Source: Candidatus Nealsonbacteria bacterium DGGOD1a
Lineage (GTDB): Bacteria; Patescibacteriota; Minisyncoccia; Minisyncoccales; UBA5738
Assembly (NCBI GenBank): GCA_022530585.1
Contig: CP092821.1
Location: 585,525-649,524, forward strand
Reading direction: 5' to 3'
DNA length: 64,000 nucleotides
The position numbers were made by a program, and so were the translations under genes. Shown here one piece after another: positions 49,816-59,807 of this stretch (within the stretch, counting starts at the first letter, position 1; each line of letters begins with the position of its first letter). Below the pieces are notes generated by a model that had not been told where the DNA came from, did not search any database, and saw nothing but the letters and a program-made list of their open reading frames with translations.

Positions 49816-50703
49816 ATGATTTTAAAAAAGCCCCACATTCCAATTTTTTTGGCAATAATGGCTTTTTTCGGGTATTGCCCGGGAACAATCCAGGCTTTTG
49901 ATTGGCCGGCCGGCGCGGCGCTGATTCAAAGAATCCAAGTCCTTAAACAAGAAATCTACAACGCAAAAATGCTGATCGTGAGCGCGAAATCAAAGAAACC
50001 CAACACCGCCCAAGCCTATCTGGCGATGGATTTAACGAACGGCGCGGCGCTTATGGTAAAAAATCCCGACAAAGCCTATCCGATCGCTTCCACCGCCAAA
50101 TTGATGACCGCCGTTATCGCCTCGGAAAATATCGATTCCGAAAAAACGATAGCTCTGACCAAGGATATGCTTTCTCCCGAAGGAAGCAGCCCGGCCATTT
50201 TTGCCGGCTTAAACATCAGCGCGAAAAATCTTTTGCAAGCCAGCCTGATCCAATCGACCAACGATGCCGCCGAGTCGCTGTCTTATTTCATCGGCCGGGA
50301 AAAATTCCTGGCGCTAATGAACCAAAAAGCCAAAGAGATTGGAATGGCGCGCACCTTTTTCGCCGATGTTCACGGATTGGACAAGCAAAATCTCTCCACC
50401 GCTCGCGATATGGCCAAGCTTTTAACTTATATCCGCAAAAACAATCCTAAAATTCTGGAAGCCACGAAGAACAATAATTTTTGGCTGCCGGACGCGCAAG
50501 GCAAACTGCTCCGGTTTATGAATCTGAATAATTTTTACGGCTTGCCCGAATTTGCGGGCGGGAAAAGCGGCTATTCTCCCGAAGCCCGGCAAACCTTCGC
50601 CGGAATTTTCAACATCAACAATAAACCGATCGCCATTGTTTTGCTCCGCTCAACCGATTTTCAATCCGATACATTCAAAATCATCGAACGGCTAAAAAAT
50701 TGA
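49816..50703 (+). CDS. D-alanyl-D-alanine carboxypeptidase (S11)
   Basis: SxxK (STAK), SxN (STN) and KSG motifs. Confidence 0.88.
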   Translation: MILKKPHIPIFLAIMAFFGYCPGTIQAFDWPAGAALIQRIQVLKQEIYNAKMLIVSAKSKKPNTAQAYLAMDLTNGAALMVKNPDKAYPIASTAKLMTAVIASENIDSEKTIALTKDMLSPEGSSPAIFAGLNISAKNLLQASLIQSTNDAAESLSYFIGREKFLALMNQKAKEIGMARTFFADVHGLDKQNLSTARDMAKLLTYIRKNNPKILEATKNNNFWLPDAQGKLLRFMNLNNFYGLPEFAGGKSGYSPEARQTFAGIFNINNKPIAIVLLRSTDFQSDTFKIIERLKN

Positions 50704-50714
50704 ATATAAAAACA

Positions 50715-50830
50715 AAAAAATACATTGATGTCGGGGTATTAACCCCGCCATCAACCAAAGGATGTTTCCCTTGACATCCTCATTCTTTTTGTTCCCCGCG
50801 GCGAGCTGACGGGGTATAAAAAGAATCAAT
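50715..50830 (+). repeat. Repeat family B, copy 4
   Basis: Matches 13894-14009. Confidence 0.9.
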
Positions 50831-50883
50831 CGCCGAAAAGGTGATTTTTTGATATAATGCAATTATTATTGATCCAAAAAAAC

Positions 50884-51402
50884 ATGAACAAAAAAATAAT
50901 TTTGCTGACCGCCGCCGCGGTTATTCTCGCCGGAATGCTTTACCTGATACTGAAACCGGACAAAGAAACGCCCGCGAACACTGTTCCGACGCCAAACGAA
51001 TCGAACGCCAATGGGAAAAACGCGCCGGATTCCAACGCGGCGACCAATTCCGATGCCGCGCAAATCCCGCAAACGCAATCGCCCGGCCAAAACGATCCGA
51101 CAACAACCACGGTTTGCACTATGGAAGCGAAAATCTGCCCCGACGGTTCCGCGGTCGGCCGCACCGGCCTGAATTGCGAGTTCGCGCCCTGCCCCGAAAC
51201 AAATTCGCGACAAACTGCTTGCACGGAAGAATCCCGCGAAGGCGATGTATGCAATGAAATTTACTCTCCGGTCTGCGCCACCGTGCGGATCCAATGCGTC
51301 AAAGCGCCCTGCAATCCGATTCAACAAACATTCTCCAACGCTTGCATTGCCTGCCACAACCCGCTGGTCTCGGACTATGCAATGGGCGAATGTCCGAAAT
51401 AG
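50884..51402 (+). CDS. Membrane-anchored Cys-rich protein (Kazal-like C-terminus)
   Basis: CTMEAKICPDGSAVGR..CEFAPC; CNEIYSPVC...TFSNAC. Confidence 0.8.
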   Translation: MNKKIILLTAAAVILAGMLYLILKPDKETPANTVPTPNESNANGKNAPDSNAATNSDAAQIPQTQSPGQNDPTTTTVCTMEAKICPDGSAVGRTGLNCEFAPCPETNSRQTACTEESREGDVCNEIYSPVCATVRIQCVKAPCNPIQQTFSNACIACHNPLVSDYAMGECPK

Positions 51403-51472
51403 AACCGCCAGCTTGATTATAGTTTGATTTAGTCTTAAAGAATAGGTAAATTAAATTGAATAGCGATAAATA

Positions 51473-53050
51473 ATGAAAACTAAAAAATTACCGCCTAAAA
51501 CTGAAAATAAGCCGCTAGAAAGCTGGATTTGGGACGCGGCTTGCGCTATTCGCGGGGCTAAAGATGCCGGAAAGTTCAAGGATTACATTTTACCGCTTAT
51601 TTTTGTTAAGCGGCTTTGCGATGTATTTGACGATGAGGTAAATAAAATCGCCAAAGCCACCGGGTCGCGCAAGGAGGCGCTCAAACGCATTGATGCCGAT
51701 CATTCGCGGGTGCGTTTCTATTTACCGATTCGCGCCAAAGACCCAAAAACCCAGGATACTTGGAGTGTAATCCGTTCGCTTTCAAATAATATCGGAGAAG
51801 AACTAACACGGATCATTCGGGAAATCGCGAGCAATAATTCGGCCCTTGATGGCGTGATTGATTCAGTTGACTACAACGCCACCACTCGAGGCCAGCGGGA
51901 GATTGACGACGACCGGCTTTCCAACCTGATTGAAGCAATCAGCCAAAAACGGCTTGGATTGGCGGATGTGGAACCGGATATCATTGGCCGGAGTTATGAA
52001 TATCTGATTCGCAAATTTGCCGAAGGTTCCGGGCAGTCGGCGGGCGAATTTTACACCCCGCGGGAAGTGGGAATGGTGATGGCAAACATTATGGACCCGG
52101 AACCGGGAATGGAAATTTATGATTGCGCCTGCGGATCGGCCGGACTGCTCATCAAATGCGAATTGGCGCTCAAGGAGAAAATGGATAAACTCGGAAAAAA
52201 GATATTCGCGCCCCTGCGTTTATATGGCCAAGAGAATATCAGCTCCACTTGGGCAATGGCCAAGATGAACATGGTGATCCACGATATGGAAGGTGAAATA
52301 GAACTGGGTGATACTTTTAATAATCCAAAATTCAAAGATGCGAGCGGAAAAGGCATAAAAAAATTTAATCGCTGCGTGGCAAACCCGATGTGGAACCAGC
52401 CGGGATTTAACGAAGAAATCTATACCAATGACATTTATGGCCGGTTTCCGGCGGGCAATCCGGGCGGGAAAGGCGACTGGGGCTGGGTTCAACATATTTA
52501 TTCAAGCTTAAACGATAACGGTCGGGCCGCAATCGTGCTTGATACCGGCGGGGCATCACGTGGCAGCGGCAACGCCAACACCAATAAAGAAAAGGATGTG
52601 CGCAAGTGGTTCATTGACCACGATATTATTGAAGGAGTTTTGTATTTGCCCGAAAACCTGTTTTATAACACCACCGCCCCGGGAATTATTATTTTCCTGA
52701 ATAAAAGCAAACCGGCCAATCTCAAGGATAAAGTATTTTTGATCAATGCCAGCAAAGAATTCAAAAAAGGCGATCCCAAAAATTATCTTGGCGACGATCA
52801 AATCAAAAAAATTTCCCAAACATTTAATTCAAAAAAGGAAACTGAAAATTTCAGCAAATTTATCGGCAGAGATGAAATTGCCAAAAACGACTACAATATT
52901 TCACCCTCGCGCTACATCAACCTCGGCGGAACAGAGGAATATAAGCCGGTAGAAGAAATTTTAAGCGAACTGGCGATAGTTGAAGCCAAAGCAAAGGAAG
53001 CGGATAAAAACTTGAAGAAAGTTTTAAAAGACTTTGGATTTAATAAATAA
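51473..53050 (+). CDS. hsdM: Type I RM methyltransferase subunit
   Basis: GEFYTPREV, DCACGSAG, motif IV NPMW and LPENLFYNT. Confidence 0.95.
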   Translation: MKTKKLPPKTENKPLESWIWDAACAIRGAKDAGKFKDYILPLIFVKRLCDVFDDEVNKIAKATGSRKEALKRIDADHSRVRFYLPIRAKDPKTQDTWSVIRSLSNNIGEELTRIIREIASNNSALDGVIDSVDYNATTRGQREIDDDRLSNLIEAISQKRLGLADVEPDIIGRSYEYLIRKFAEGSGQSAGEFYTPREVGMVMANIMDPEPGMEIYDCACGSAGLLIKCELALKEKMDKLGKKIFAPLRLYGQENISSTWAMAKMNMVIHDMEGEIELGDTFNNPKFKDASGKGIKKFNRCVANPMWNQPGFNEEIYTNDIYGRFPAGNPGGKGDWGWVQHIYSSLNDNGRAAIVLDTGGASRGSGNANTNKEKDVRKWFIDHDIIEGVLYLPENLFYNTTAPGIIIFLNKSKPANLKDKVFLINASKEFKKGDPKNYLGDDQIKKISQTFNSKKETENFSKFIGRDEIAKNDYNISPSRYINLGGTEEYKPVEEILSELAIVEAKAKEADKNLKKVLKDFGFNK

Positions 53051-53051
53051 A

Positions 53052-53681
53052 ATGCTGGTATTTATTGATGAATCAGGAGATCCGGGTTTAAAAATTGACA
53101 AGGGATCAAGCAGATTTTTTGTTATCGGCCTTGTAATTTTTGAAGATAACGATGAGGCGGCGGCGTGCGACCAAAGAATTGAATTATTGAAACGCGAACT
53201 TGGAAAGCAACCATCAGATGAGTTTCATTTTAAAACCAACCTAAACAGGGTTAAAGAAACTTTCTTGAAAGCAGTTTCACCATATAATTTTTTTTATTAT
53301 GGGATTGTTATCAATAAAGATCCGAAAAAGTTATATGGGGAGGGATTTAAAAATAAAGAATCGTTTTATAAATATGCCTGCGGATTGGTTTTTGAAAACG
53401 CCAAAGAAAAACTGCGCAATTCCATTATAATAATCGATAAAAGCGGTAATCTTGATTTTAGAAACCAACTCGGAAAATATCTGCGAAGAAAAATGAACGG
53501 CAAGGATCGAATCATTAAAAAGATAAAAATGCAGCGATCAGAAAGCAACAATTTGCTTCAACTTGCCGATTATATTGCTGGAGTCATTTACCGTTCGGTG
53601 AGGAATGAAAGAAAAAAGGCGGATGATTATCGCAAGATAATTGCACACCGCGAGATATATGTTCAAATATGGCCGAAATAA
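53052..53681 (+). CDS. DUF3800 family protein (predicted RNase H-like fold)
   Basis: N-terminal VFIDESGD and C-terminal LLQLADYIAG (QxxD). Confidence 0.9.
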   Translation: MLVFIDESGDPGLKIDKGSSRFFVIGLVIFEDNDEAAACDQRIELLKRELGKQPSDEFHFKTNLNRVKETFLKAVSPYNFFYYGIVINKDPKKLYGEGFKNKESFYKYACGLVFENAKEKLRNSIIIIDKSGNLDFRNQLGKYLRRKMNGKDRIIKKIKMQRSESNNLLQLADYIAGVIYRSVRNERKKADDYRKIIAHREIYVQIWPK

Positions 53682-53693
53682 TGTCTATAAACG

Positions 53694-53765
53694 AAAAAAC
53701 TCCCAAGCCTATTCCTTTCGGAAACGCGGCGATAAACGCCACAATTTGGCCTGGAAGCGATTCCA
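53694..53765 (-). ncRNA. Candidate DUF3800-associated structured RNA
   Basis: On the minus strand, the 10-bp stem CUUCCAGGCC/GGCUUGGGAG (two G-U pairs) encloses GGCG-UUUAU-CGCC and UUCC-GAAA-GGAA and is followed by U6. Confidence 0.7.
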
Positions 53766-53770
53766 ATTTC

Positions 53771-53798
53771 AGCATAACCGCTATGCTGGTAATGTCAA
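53771..53798 (-). promoter_or_regulatory. Sigma70-like promoter for the antisense-strand RNA
   Basis: Minus strand TTGACA-16 nt-TATGCT, pointing into the structured RNA. Confidence 0.55.
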
Positions 53799-53825
53799 GT
53801 ATAATCATCCACAGTTAAATTCCCT

Positions 53826-54992
53826 ATGAAAACCAAAAATCAAACAAAAAAAGAATGGGAAATAATTTCTTTTCAAAATTGTTTAGAGAGGGTGATAATC
53901 GGCAGAGATAGGCAAATTAAGGAAAGGGATTATTTGAAATCGGGAAGTTATCCTATTGTTGATCAAGGCAAGTCAAAAATTGCTGGATTTACAAATGACA
54001 AAAATAAAGTAATTTCCGAAATTCAGCCTTTCGTTATTTTTGGCGATCATACGCGAATTATAAAATATATAGACTTTTTAATTGCTTTAGGGGCAGACGG
54101 AACGAAAATTATAAAACCAAATAGTCAATTTGATCCTAAATTTTTTTACTACCAACTTCTAAATATCAATATCCCAAGTAAAGGCTACAATCGCCATTAT
54201 TCAATTTTGAAAGAAAAGAGATTGTCTGTACCAAGTATTTTCGAACAGAAAGTTGTTGCTAATATACTGACAACGGTGCAGGAGGCGATTGCAGGGCAAG
54301 AGAAGTTGATTGCCAAGCTCAAAGAATTGAAACAGAGCATGATGCAATTCCTTTTTACGCACGGCACGAAAGGCGAAAAAACCAAAATGACCGAAATTGG
54401 CGAGATTCCTGATAGTTGGGCAACAAATAAGATAAGAAAATTTGGTAAAATTGTTACTGGAAATACACCGTCGACAAAAAAATTTGAATATTATGGCGAG
54501 CCCTATAAATTAGTATCGCCGGCGGATTTAACAGATGCTTTATTTATCGACACCGCGCATCGTAAAATTACAAAAGAGGGTCTAATGGTTGCGCGATCGG
54601 TACCTAAAAATTCGTTATTGGTTGGTTGCATTGGCAATGTAGGAAAAATTGGAATAACCCAGGATGAAATAACGGCATTTAATCAGCAAATAAATGCAAT
54701 TGCAGTTAACGATGATTTTAATTATTTATTCGTTTACTATCTTTTGATTTTTTATCGTGAAATTCTTGAAAGTAAATCAGCAAAGGTTACACTTCCAATT
54801 TTGAATAAATCCAATTTTGAAGAAATAGAATTTTATACGCCCGATATCGTAGAACAAGAAAAAATCGCTGATATTTTATATTCAATTGATAAAAAAATTG
54901 AAACTATTCAAAATAGATTATCCGCTTATCAGAATCTTTTTAAAACCCTTCTCCACGAACTAATGAGCGGCGACCGGAAGGTAAATTTTTAA
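53826..54992 (+). CDS. hsdS: Type I RM specificity subunit
   Basis: Two TRDs with conserved EQK..A.IL helices and TEIGEIP..W linker. Confidence 0.93.
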   Translation: MKTKNQTKKEWEIISFQNCLERVIIGRDRQIKERDYLKSGSYPIVDQGKSKIAGFTNDKNKVISEIQPFVIFGDHTRIIKYIDFLIALGADGTKIIKPNSQFDPKFFYYQLLNINIPSKGYNRHYSILKEKRLSVPSIFEQKVVANILTTVQEAIAGQEKLIAKLKELKQSMMQFLFTHGTKGEKTKMTEIGEIPDSWATNKIRKFGKIVTGNTPSTKKFEYYGEPYKLVSPADLTDALFIDTAHRKITKEGLMVARSVPKNSLLVGCIGNVGKIGITQDEITAFNQQINAIAVNDDFNYLFVYYLLIFYREILESKSAKVTLPILNKSNFEEIEFYTPDIVEQEKIADILYSIDKKIETIQNRLSAYQNLFKTLLHELMSGDRKVNF

Positions 54993-54996
54993 ATTT

Positions 54997-56868
54997 ATGG
55001 CAAATATAATCCCGAAATCAATCGATAATTTAATTGATCAATCAATAAATCCTTTAGCAAGGGGGTTTGTTCAGTTTGTATTGCTAAAGCTCGGCTTAAG
55101 CGAGGAAATAATGAAAGTAAAAAATGTTGTTGCGGCTGAAAAAGTAAGCCGAAGGTGGCAGATAGAAGCCCCGAAATGGATTTTAATGGAAGCAAAAAAA
55201 TTAGAGCGTCAATATGATAATCTCGGTAAGGTTATGATTAAAAGCGCAGGGATGATCACTGCAACGGAAAGCAAAATAACTGAAGATAATGATGTATTTT
55301 GGGGCCTACTCGAACATTCCAAAGAAGTATCTAATGAACAAATGCAGGATTTGATATCAAGAATTATTGCTGGAGAGTACAATAATCCAGGTACTTATTC
55401 AATGAGTACATTGCAAGTTTTAAGAAGCTTAGGTAAAAATGAACTTGCATTATTTGAAAGAATCGGAAGCCTGTTAATTGGGAAAAGGCATTTACCGATG
55501 ATTCTTTTTACGGGAAATCAACCAGCCAGTAAAATAGTTGATCTTATAAAAATTGATTTTGAAGACTTGCAAAAACTACAAGGTCTAAATATTTTTTTGC
55601 CAAACAGTATGACTCAAACACTACAAAATCCTGAAAAAAAGAAGATATTGATACAATATTTTGATAAAAATTTTTTTTACGAGTTGGTAAACGGGAACAT
55701 TGATGCTTCCGCTCTATTCCCTAGTTTTTATGGACTAACGATTGCCGGAAAACAAATACTCAATCATCTTTCTCCAAAATATATTGACGATTATTATGTA
55801 TGGATTAAAGAAAATTACTTTGAATTACGAAACCCGCTTTTAAAGAAAAACGATTGCGAAACAAAAACCTGCCCGCGTCGCGGGGTTTGGCGGAAAACAT
55901 TCGATTGCGGTAAGTTTTTTCACGGTTCACAACTAAATAATTTGATAAGCCAGCAGACTGTAGATATAATTGGACAAATATCCGTCCACTGATTTGGGGA
56001 GGCTGGTAATCAGCCCGTAGAACATTTTCAAATTGCGAAAATTCAATTCAATGATCATTCTGGTATCATATAATTTTTTCTGGAATTGAGTGATGATTTT
56101 TTTCATGTTGTTTCTGGCTTTCACCAGCAAAATTCTTTTGCGGGCGCGGTGGAATTTTCTTTGCAATTTCTCGGAAACATATCCGGCGTCGGCAATGAAC
56201 ACGCCGTTCAATTTCTTGGATAATTTGATAACGACATCGCGGTCGTCAACATTCGCGGAAGTGAATTTGATGGCCAGTATTTGCCTTTTGAAATCCGCGA
56301 TCAGGTGCATTTTTAAGCCGAAATAGGTACCTTTTGCGCTTCTGCCGAAACTGGCGAACATTTTCATCACTTTGTGTTTGTTGGCATTTTTGAACAAACA
56401 AACGGGGATATCGGTGGAATCAATGTGTTTGATAATGTGTTGGTTTTTCCTGCTCATCCTCATGATAATAAACATTAATCGCAATGCCAGAATTGCCCAA
56501 CGATTGATGCTCATGACCAATGTTTTGTAGGAGCAGATTTTGTGAAGATTGAAAATGGTGAATAATGATTTTTTGGTAGCGATACCGCCGGCTTGTTTGA
56601 ATATCGCCAGCGATAAGACTGTGATTATCGGCAACGCCAATTTTCGACCGGTTTTGTTTGTGAGCTTGTCAATTTTTAATTGTTGTGAAAAAATACTTAC
56701 CACCTTCCTGATTTCGTTGTAAAATGGAATTACAACTTTCATGTTGGTGTTGAGTCGGCGGTTTACCAGTCGCCGGCTCTGGTGTCATTTTAGCATTTTT
56801 TAGGAGTTTCGTAATTCAAAGAAAATTATAAAATTACGAATTACAAACTAGCCGAAATTAATATATGA
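54997..56868 (+). CDS. DUF2806-like protein, 3' end interrupted by IS982
   Basis: EYNNPGTYSMSTLQVL motif. Removing the IS restores WIKENYKITNYKLAEINI*, whose TGA overlaps the hsdR ATG. Confidence 0.75.
55818..56821 (-). mobile_element. IS982-family insertion sequence
   Basis: 16-bp TIR CTTTGAATTACGAAAC / GTTTCGTAATTCAAAG; 7-bp duplication AAAATTA. Confidence 0.88.
55933..56742 (-). CDS. DDE transposase (IS982-like)
   Basis: IDSTDIPVC, YFGLKMHL, ADAGY and RMIIE. Confidence 0.88.
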   Translation of the reverse strand: MKVVIPFYNEIRKVVSIFSQQLKIDKLTNKTGRKLALPIITVLSLAIFKQAGGIATKKSLFTIFNLHKICSYKTLVMSINRWAILALRLMFIIMRMSRKNQHIIKHIDSTDIPVCLFKNANKHKVMKMFASFGRSAKGTYFGLKMHLIADFKRQILAIKFTSANVDDRDVVIKLSKKLNGVFIADAGYVSEKLQRKFHRARKRILLVKARNNMKKIITQFQKKLYDTRMIIELNFRNLKMFYGLITSLPKSVDGYLSNYIYSLLAYQII

Positions 56869-59807
56869 AACCTACGGAGTCAAAATCAGTGCAGGAACGG
56901 ATAATTAAATACGCCACGGAAATTGGATGGAAATATGTTGGTCGCGATGAAAGCGATACTCGACGATCCGCCGTCGATGATACTATTTCAAACAAAGGCG
57001 ATGATGCATATAAAAAACAACCATATTATTTGGAAGTTTTGATGCCGAAGTTGCGGGAGTTTAATCCTTGGTTGGCGGAAAATTTTAGTTTGCCGGTGAT
57101 ATTGCCCAGAATTGAAGGTAATCGGCAGATGCTTTTGGCATTGCGGGGGCAAAGCACGGCTTATGATGAAAATGAAAAGCGGGAACGGAATGTGACGGTG
57201 ATTGATTTTGAAAATTGGGAACGGAATGTGTTTGAGGTGACAGATGAATTTTCATTTTCCAATGGCCGTTATGGAAACCGGCAGGATATTGTGTTTTTGA
57301 TCAATGGGATCCCAGTGATTGTTTTGGAATGCAAGAATCTGACCACGACCGAGGGGATTGATAAAGCGCTGGACCAGATCCGGCGCTACCATCACGAAAC
57401 GCCCGAACTATTGGCTCTGGAGCAAGGTTTTGTTGCCAGCGAAGGAATGCGACTTGAATATGGCGTAACTTGGGATACGGAACGGCGCAATATCTTTGTT
57501 TGGAAGGGCCAGCCTTCGCCAAAGGCTACGGCCTGGCACAGCAACAAGGGCGGCGCGGATAATTTGGAATATAAAATCAAAACATTTTTCAACATAGAGC
57601 ATATTTTAAACATTATCGAGAAATACATAATGTTTATTGAGAAGGATGAAACACTCTCCAAAATCATTTTGCGGGAGCATCAGGCGAATGCCGTGGAGGC
57701 AGTGTTAAAACGAGCATTAGGCGAGGAAAAAGCGCACGGGTTGATCTGGCACACCCAGGGATCAGGCAAGACATTTACAATGATCAAAACTGCCGAGCTT
57801 TTATTTAAATCAAGCGCCGCGGATAAGCCAACGGTAATAATGATGCTGGATCGAAACGAGTTGGAGGGGCAAATGGAGGGTAATTTAACTGCCGCGGGGA
57901 TTAAAAATGTTCGCAAAGCGGGGAGCATCAGCGATTTGGTTGATATTTTACACTCTGATTACCGCGGAATTGTTATTACCATGATCCACAAATTCCGGGG
58001 ATTACCGGCAAATTTGAATACTCGGAAAAACATTTTTGTTTTAATCGATGAGGCGCATCGCACTACCGGCAGCGATTTGGGAACCTTTATGATGGCGGCT
58101 ATGCCCAAGGCCACATTTATCGGTTATACCGGCACACCAATTGATAAAACTCAATACGGGAGAGGAACATTCAAAACTTTCGGTATTGATGATGCCAAAG
58201 GATATCTACATAAATACAGCATCAGTGAAAGTATTGAAGACGGAACAACTCTGCCGCTTTATTATTCATTGGCGCCCAATGAAATGCTGGTTCCCAAGGA
58301 AACCCTTGAACGGGAATTTTTGAATTTGGCCGAAAAGCACGGGATTACCGATATTGAGGAGTTAAACGCGATATTGGAGCGAGCGGTGAATACGAGAAAC
58401 TTCCTAAAAGGTCAAGGACGCATTGAAAAAGTGGGTAAGTTTATTGCCGACCATTTCAAGCAATATATCGAACCGATGAACTACAAGGCGTTTGTGGTAG
58501 CGGTAGATAGGGAAGCCTGCGCCTTATACAAGCAAGAGCTGGATAAATATCTTCCCAAAGAATGGAGCGAAGTGGTTTATACCGGCAATAACAACGATTC
58601 CAGACTGTTAAAGGAATTTACCCTCGACGAAGATAAAGAAAAGGAAGTTAGGCGTGATTTCACCAGATTCGGCGCTAATCCAAAGATTTTAATCGTTACC
58701 GAAAAACTTTTAACCGGATACGACGCCCCAATTCTGTATTGCATGTATTTGGATAAGCCAATGCGCGATCATGCGTTATTGCAAACCATTGCCCGCGTTA
58801 ATCGGCCCTATGAAAATGAAACGATGAAGATGGTAAAGCCGCACGGATTTATTTTGGATTTCGTGGGTATTTTTGACAAACTGGAGAAAGCGCTCTCGTT
58901 TGACAGCGATGAAATTAACGCGATTATTAAAGATTTATCTCTGCTTAAAACCCAATTCGTGAAAAAGCTGGACGAGGACACTAAGCAGTATTTTGATTTG
59001 CTAACAGGGCCGTTCAATGACCGAATGGCAGGTGTCTTAATTGAGCATTTCCGAGATGAAGAAAAACGGAAGGCGTTTTTCAAGCTCTACAACGAAATCG
59101 AAATGATTTACGAAATAATTTCGCCTGATCCTTTCCTGCGGCAATATCTTGATCAATACACTACCTTGGCAAGCATGTATCAGATTGTCCGCAACGCATT
59201 TGCAAAACAAGTCCGATATGATACCGAATTTCTAAAAAAGACTGCCGGCCTTGTACGCGAACAAATACAAAGCAGCCCGGTTAAGCTTGGGACGGAATTA
59301 ATAAAACTTGACGAGAAGGGGATTGAGATCATAAAGGGAAAGAATCAGCCCGATGAAGTAAAAATTATCAACCTCATAAAGACTATTCAGCGGTTGGCCG
59401 AAGAAAAATCCGGCGATCCGGTGCTAATTTCGGTCAAAGAGCGGGCCGAAGACATCATGGATGCCTATACAAGCCGCCAAGTGACCACGCAAGAGGCTTT
59501 AAAGCAGCTGTTGGAATTAGCCGAAGGCGAAGCGGAGCGCAGCGAAAAACAACAAAAAGAAGGTATTTCCAGCGTCGCCTGGTTTATCCGCGATGTTTTG
59601 GCTAGCGAGAAAATCGTGGATATGGAAGCGGTTAAGGATTTGGAATCAATAACCGGCGGCTATCCGGAATTTGCCAAAAGCGAAAAACTGACCCGGGATT
59701 TGAGAAATGATTTATACAGCCGGCTGGAATCATTGGGCTTATCTCTTGTTGACCAGAAAAAAATTACTGCTGCGATCATTGAAACAATCGCAAGAACTTG
59801 TCAATGA
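56865..59807 (+). CDS. hsdR: Type I RM restriction subunit
   Basis: DIVFLINGIPVIVLECK, WHTQGSGKT, DEAHR, LLTGYDAP and QTIARVNR. Confidence 0.96.
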   Translation: MKPTESKSVQERIIKYATEIGWKYVGRDESDTRRSAVDDTISNKGDDAYKKQPYYLEVLMPKLREFNPWLAENFSLPVILPRIEGNRQMLLALRGQSTAYDENEKRERNVTVIDFENWERNVFEVTDEFSFSNGRYGNRQDIVFLINGIPVIVLECKNLTTTEGIDKALDQIRRYHHETPELLALEQGFVASEGMRLEYGVTWDTERRNIFVWKGQPSPKATAWHSNKGGADNLEYKIKTFFNIEHILNIIEKYIMFIEKDETLSKIILREHQANAVEAVLKRALGEEKAHGLIWHTQGSGKTFTMIKTAELLFKSSAADKPTVIMMLDRNELEGQMEGNLTAAGIKNVRKAGSISDLVDILHSDYRGIVITMIHKFRGLPANLNTRKNIFVLIDEAHRTTGSDLGTFMMAAMPKATFIGYTGTPIDKTQYGRGTFKTFGIDDAKGYLHKYSISESIEDGTTLPLYYSLAPNEMLVPKETLEREFLNLAEKHGITDIEELNAILERAVNTRNFLKGQGRIEKVGKFIADHFKQYIEPMNYKAFVVAVDREACALYKQELDKYLPKEWSEVVYTGNNNDSRLLKEFTLDEDKEKEVRRDFTRFGANPKILIVTEKLLTGYDAPILYCMYLDKPMRDHALLQTIARVNRPYENETMKMVKPHGFILDFVGIFDKLEKALSFDSDEINAIIKDLSLLKTQFVKKLDEDTKQYFDLLTGPFNDRMAGVLIEHFRDEEKRKAFFKLYNEIEMIYEIISPDPFLRQYLDQYTTLASMYQIVRNAFAKQVRYDTEFLKKTAGLVREQIQSSPVKLGTELIKLDEKGIEIIKGKNQPDEVKIINLIKTIQRLAEEKSGDPVLISVKERAEDIMDAYTSRQVTTQEALKQLLELAEGEAERSEKQQKEGISSVAWFIRDVLASEKIVDMEAVKDLESITGGYPEFAKSEKLTRDLRNDLYSRLESLGLSLVDQKKITAAIIETIARTCQ

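Noticed and set aside
13894..50830. Repeats as a CRISPR array or a classical integron cassette array
   Set aside because: Copies are 105-135 bp, kilobases apart and next to housekeeping genes. There is no spacer periodicity, no cas genes and no GTTRRRY-bounded attC pattern. The tyrosine recombinase looks like Xer.
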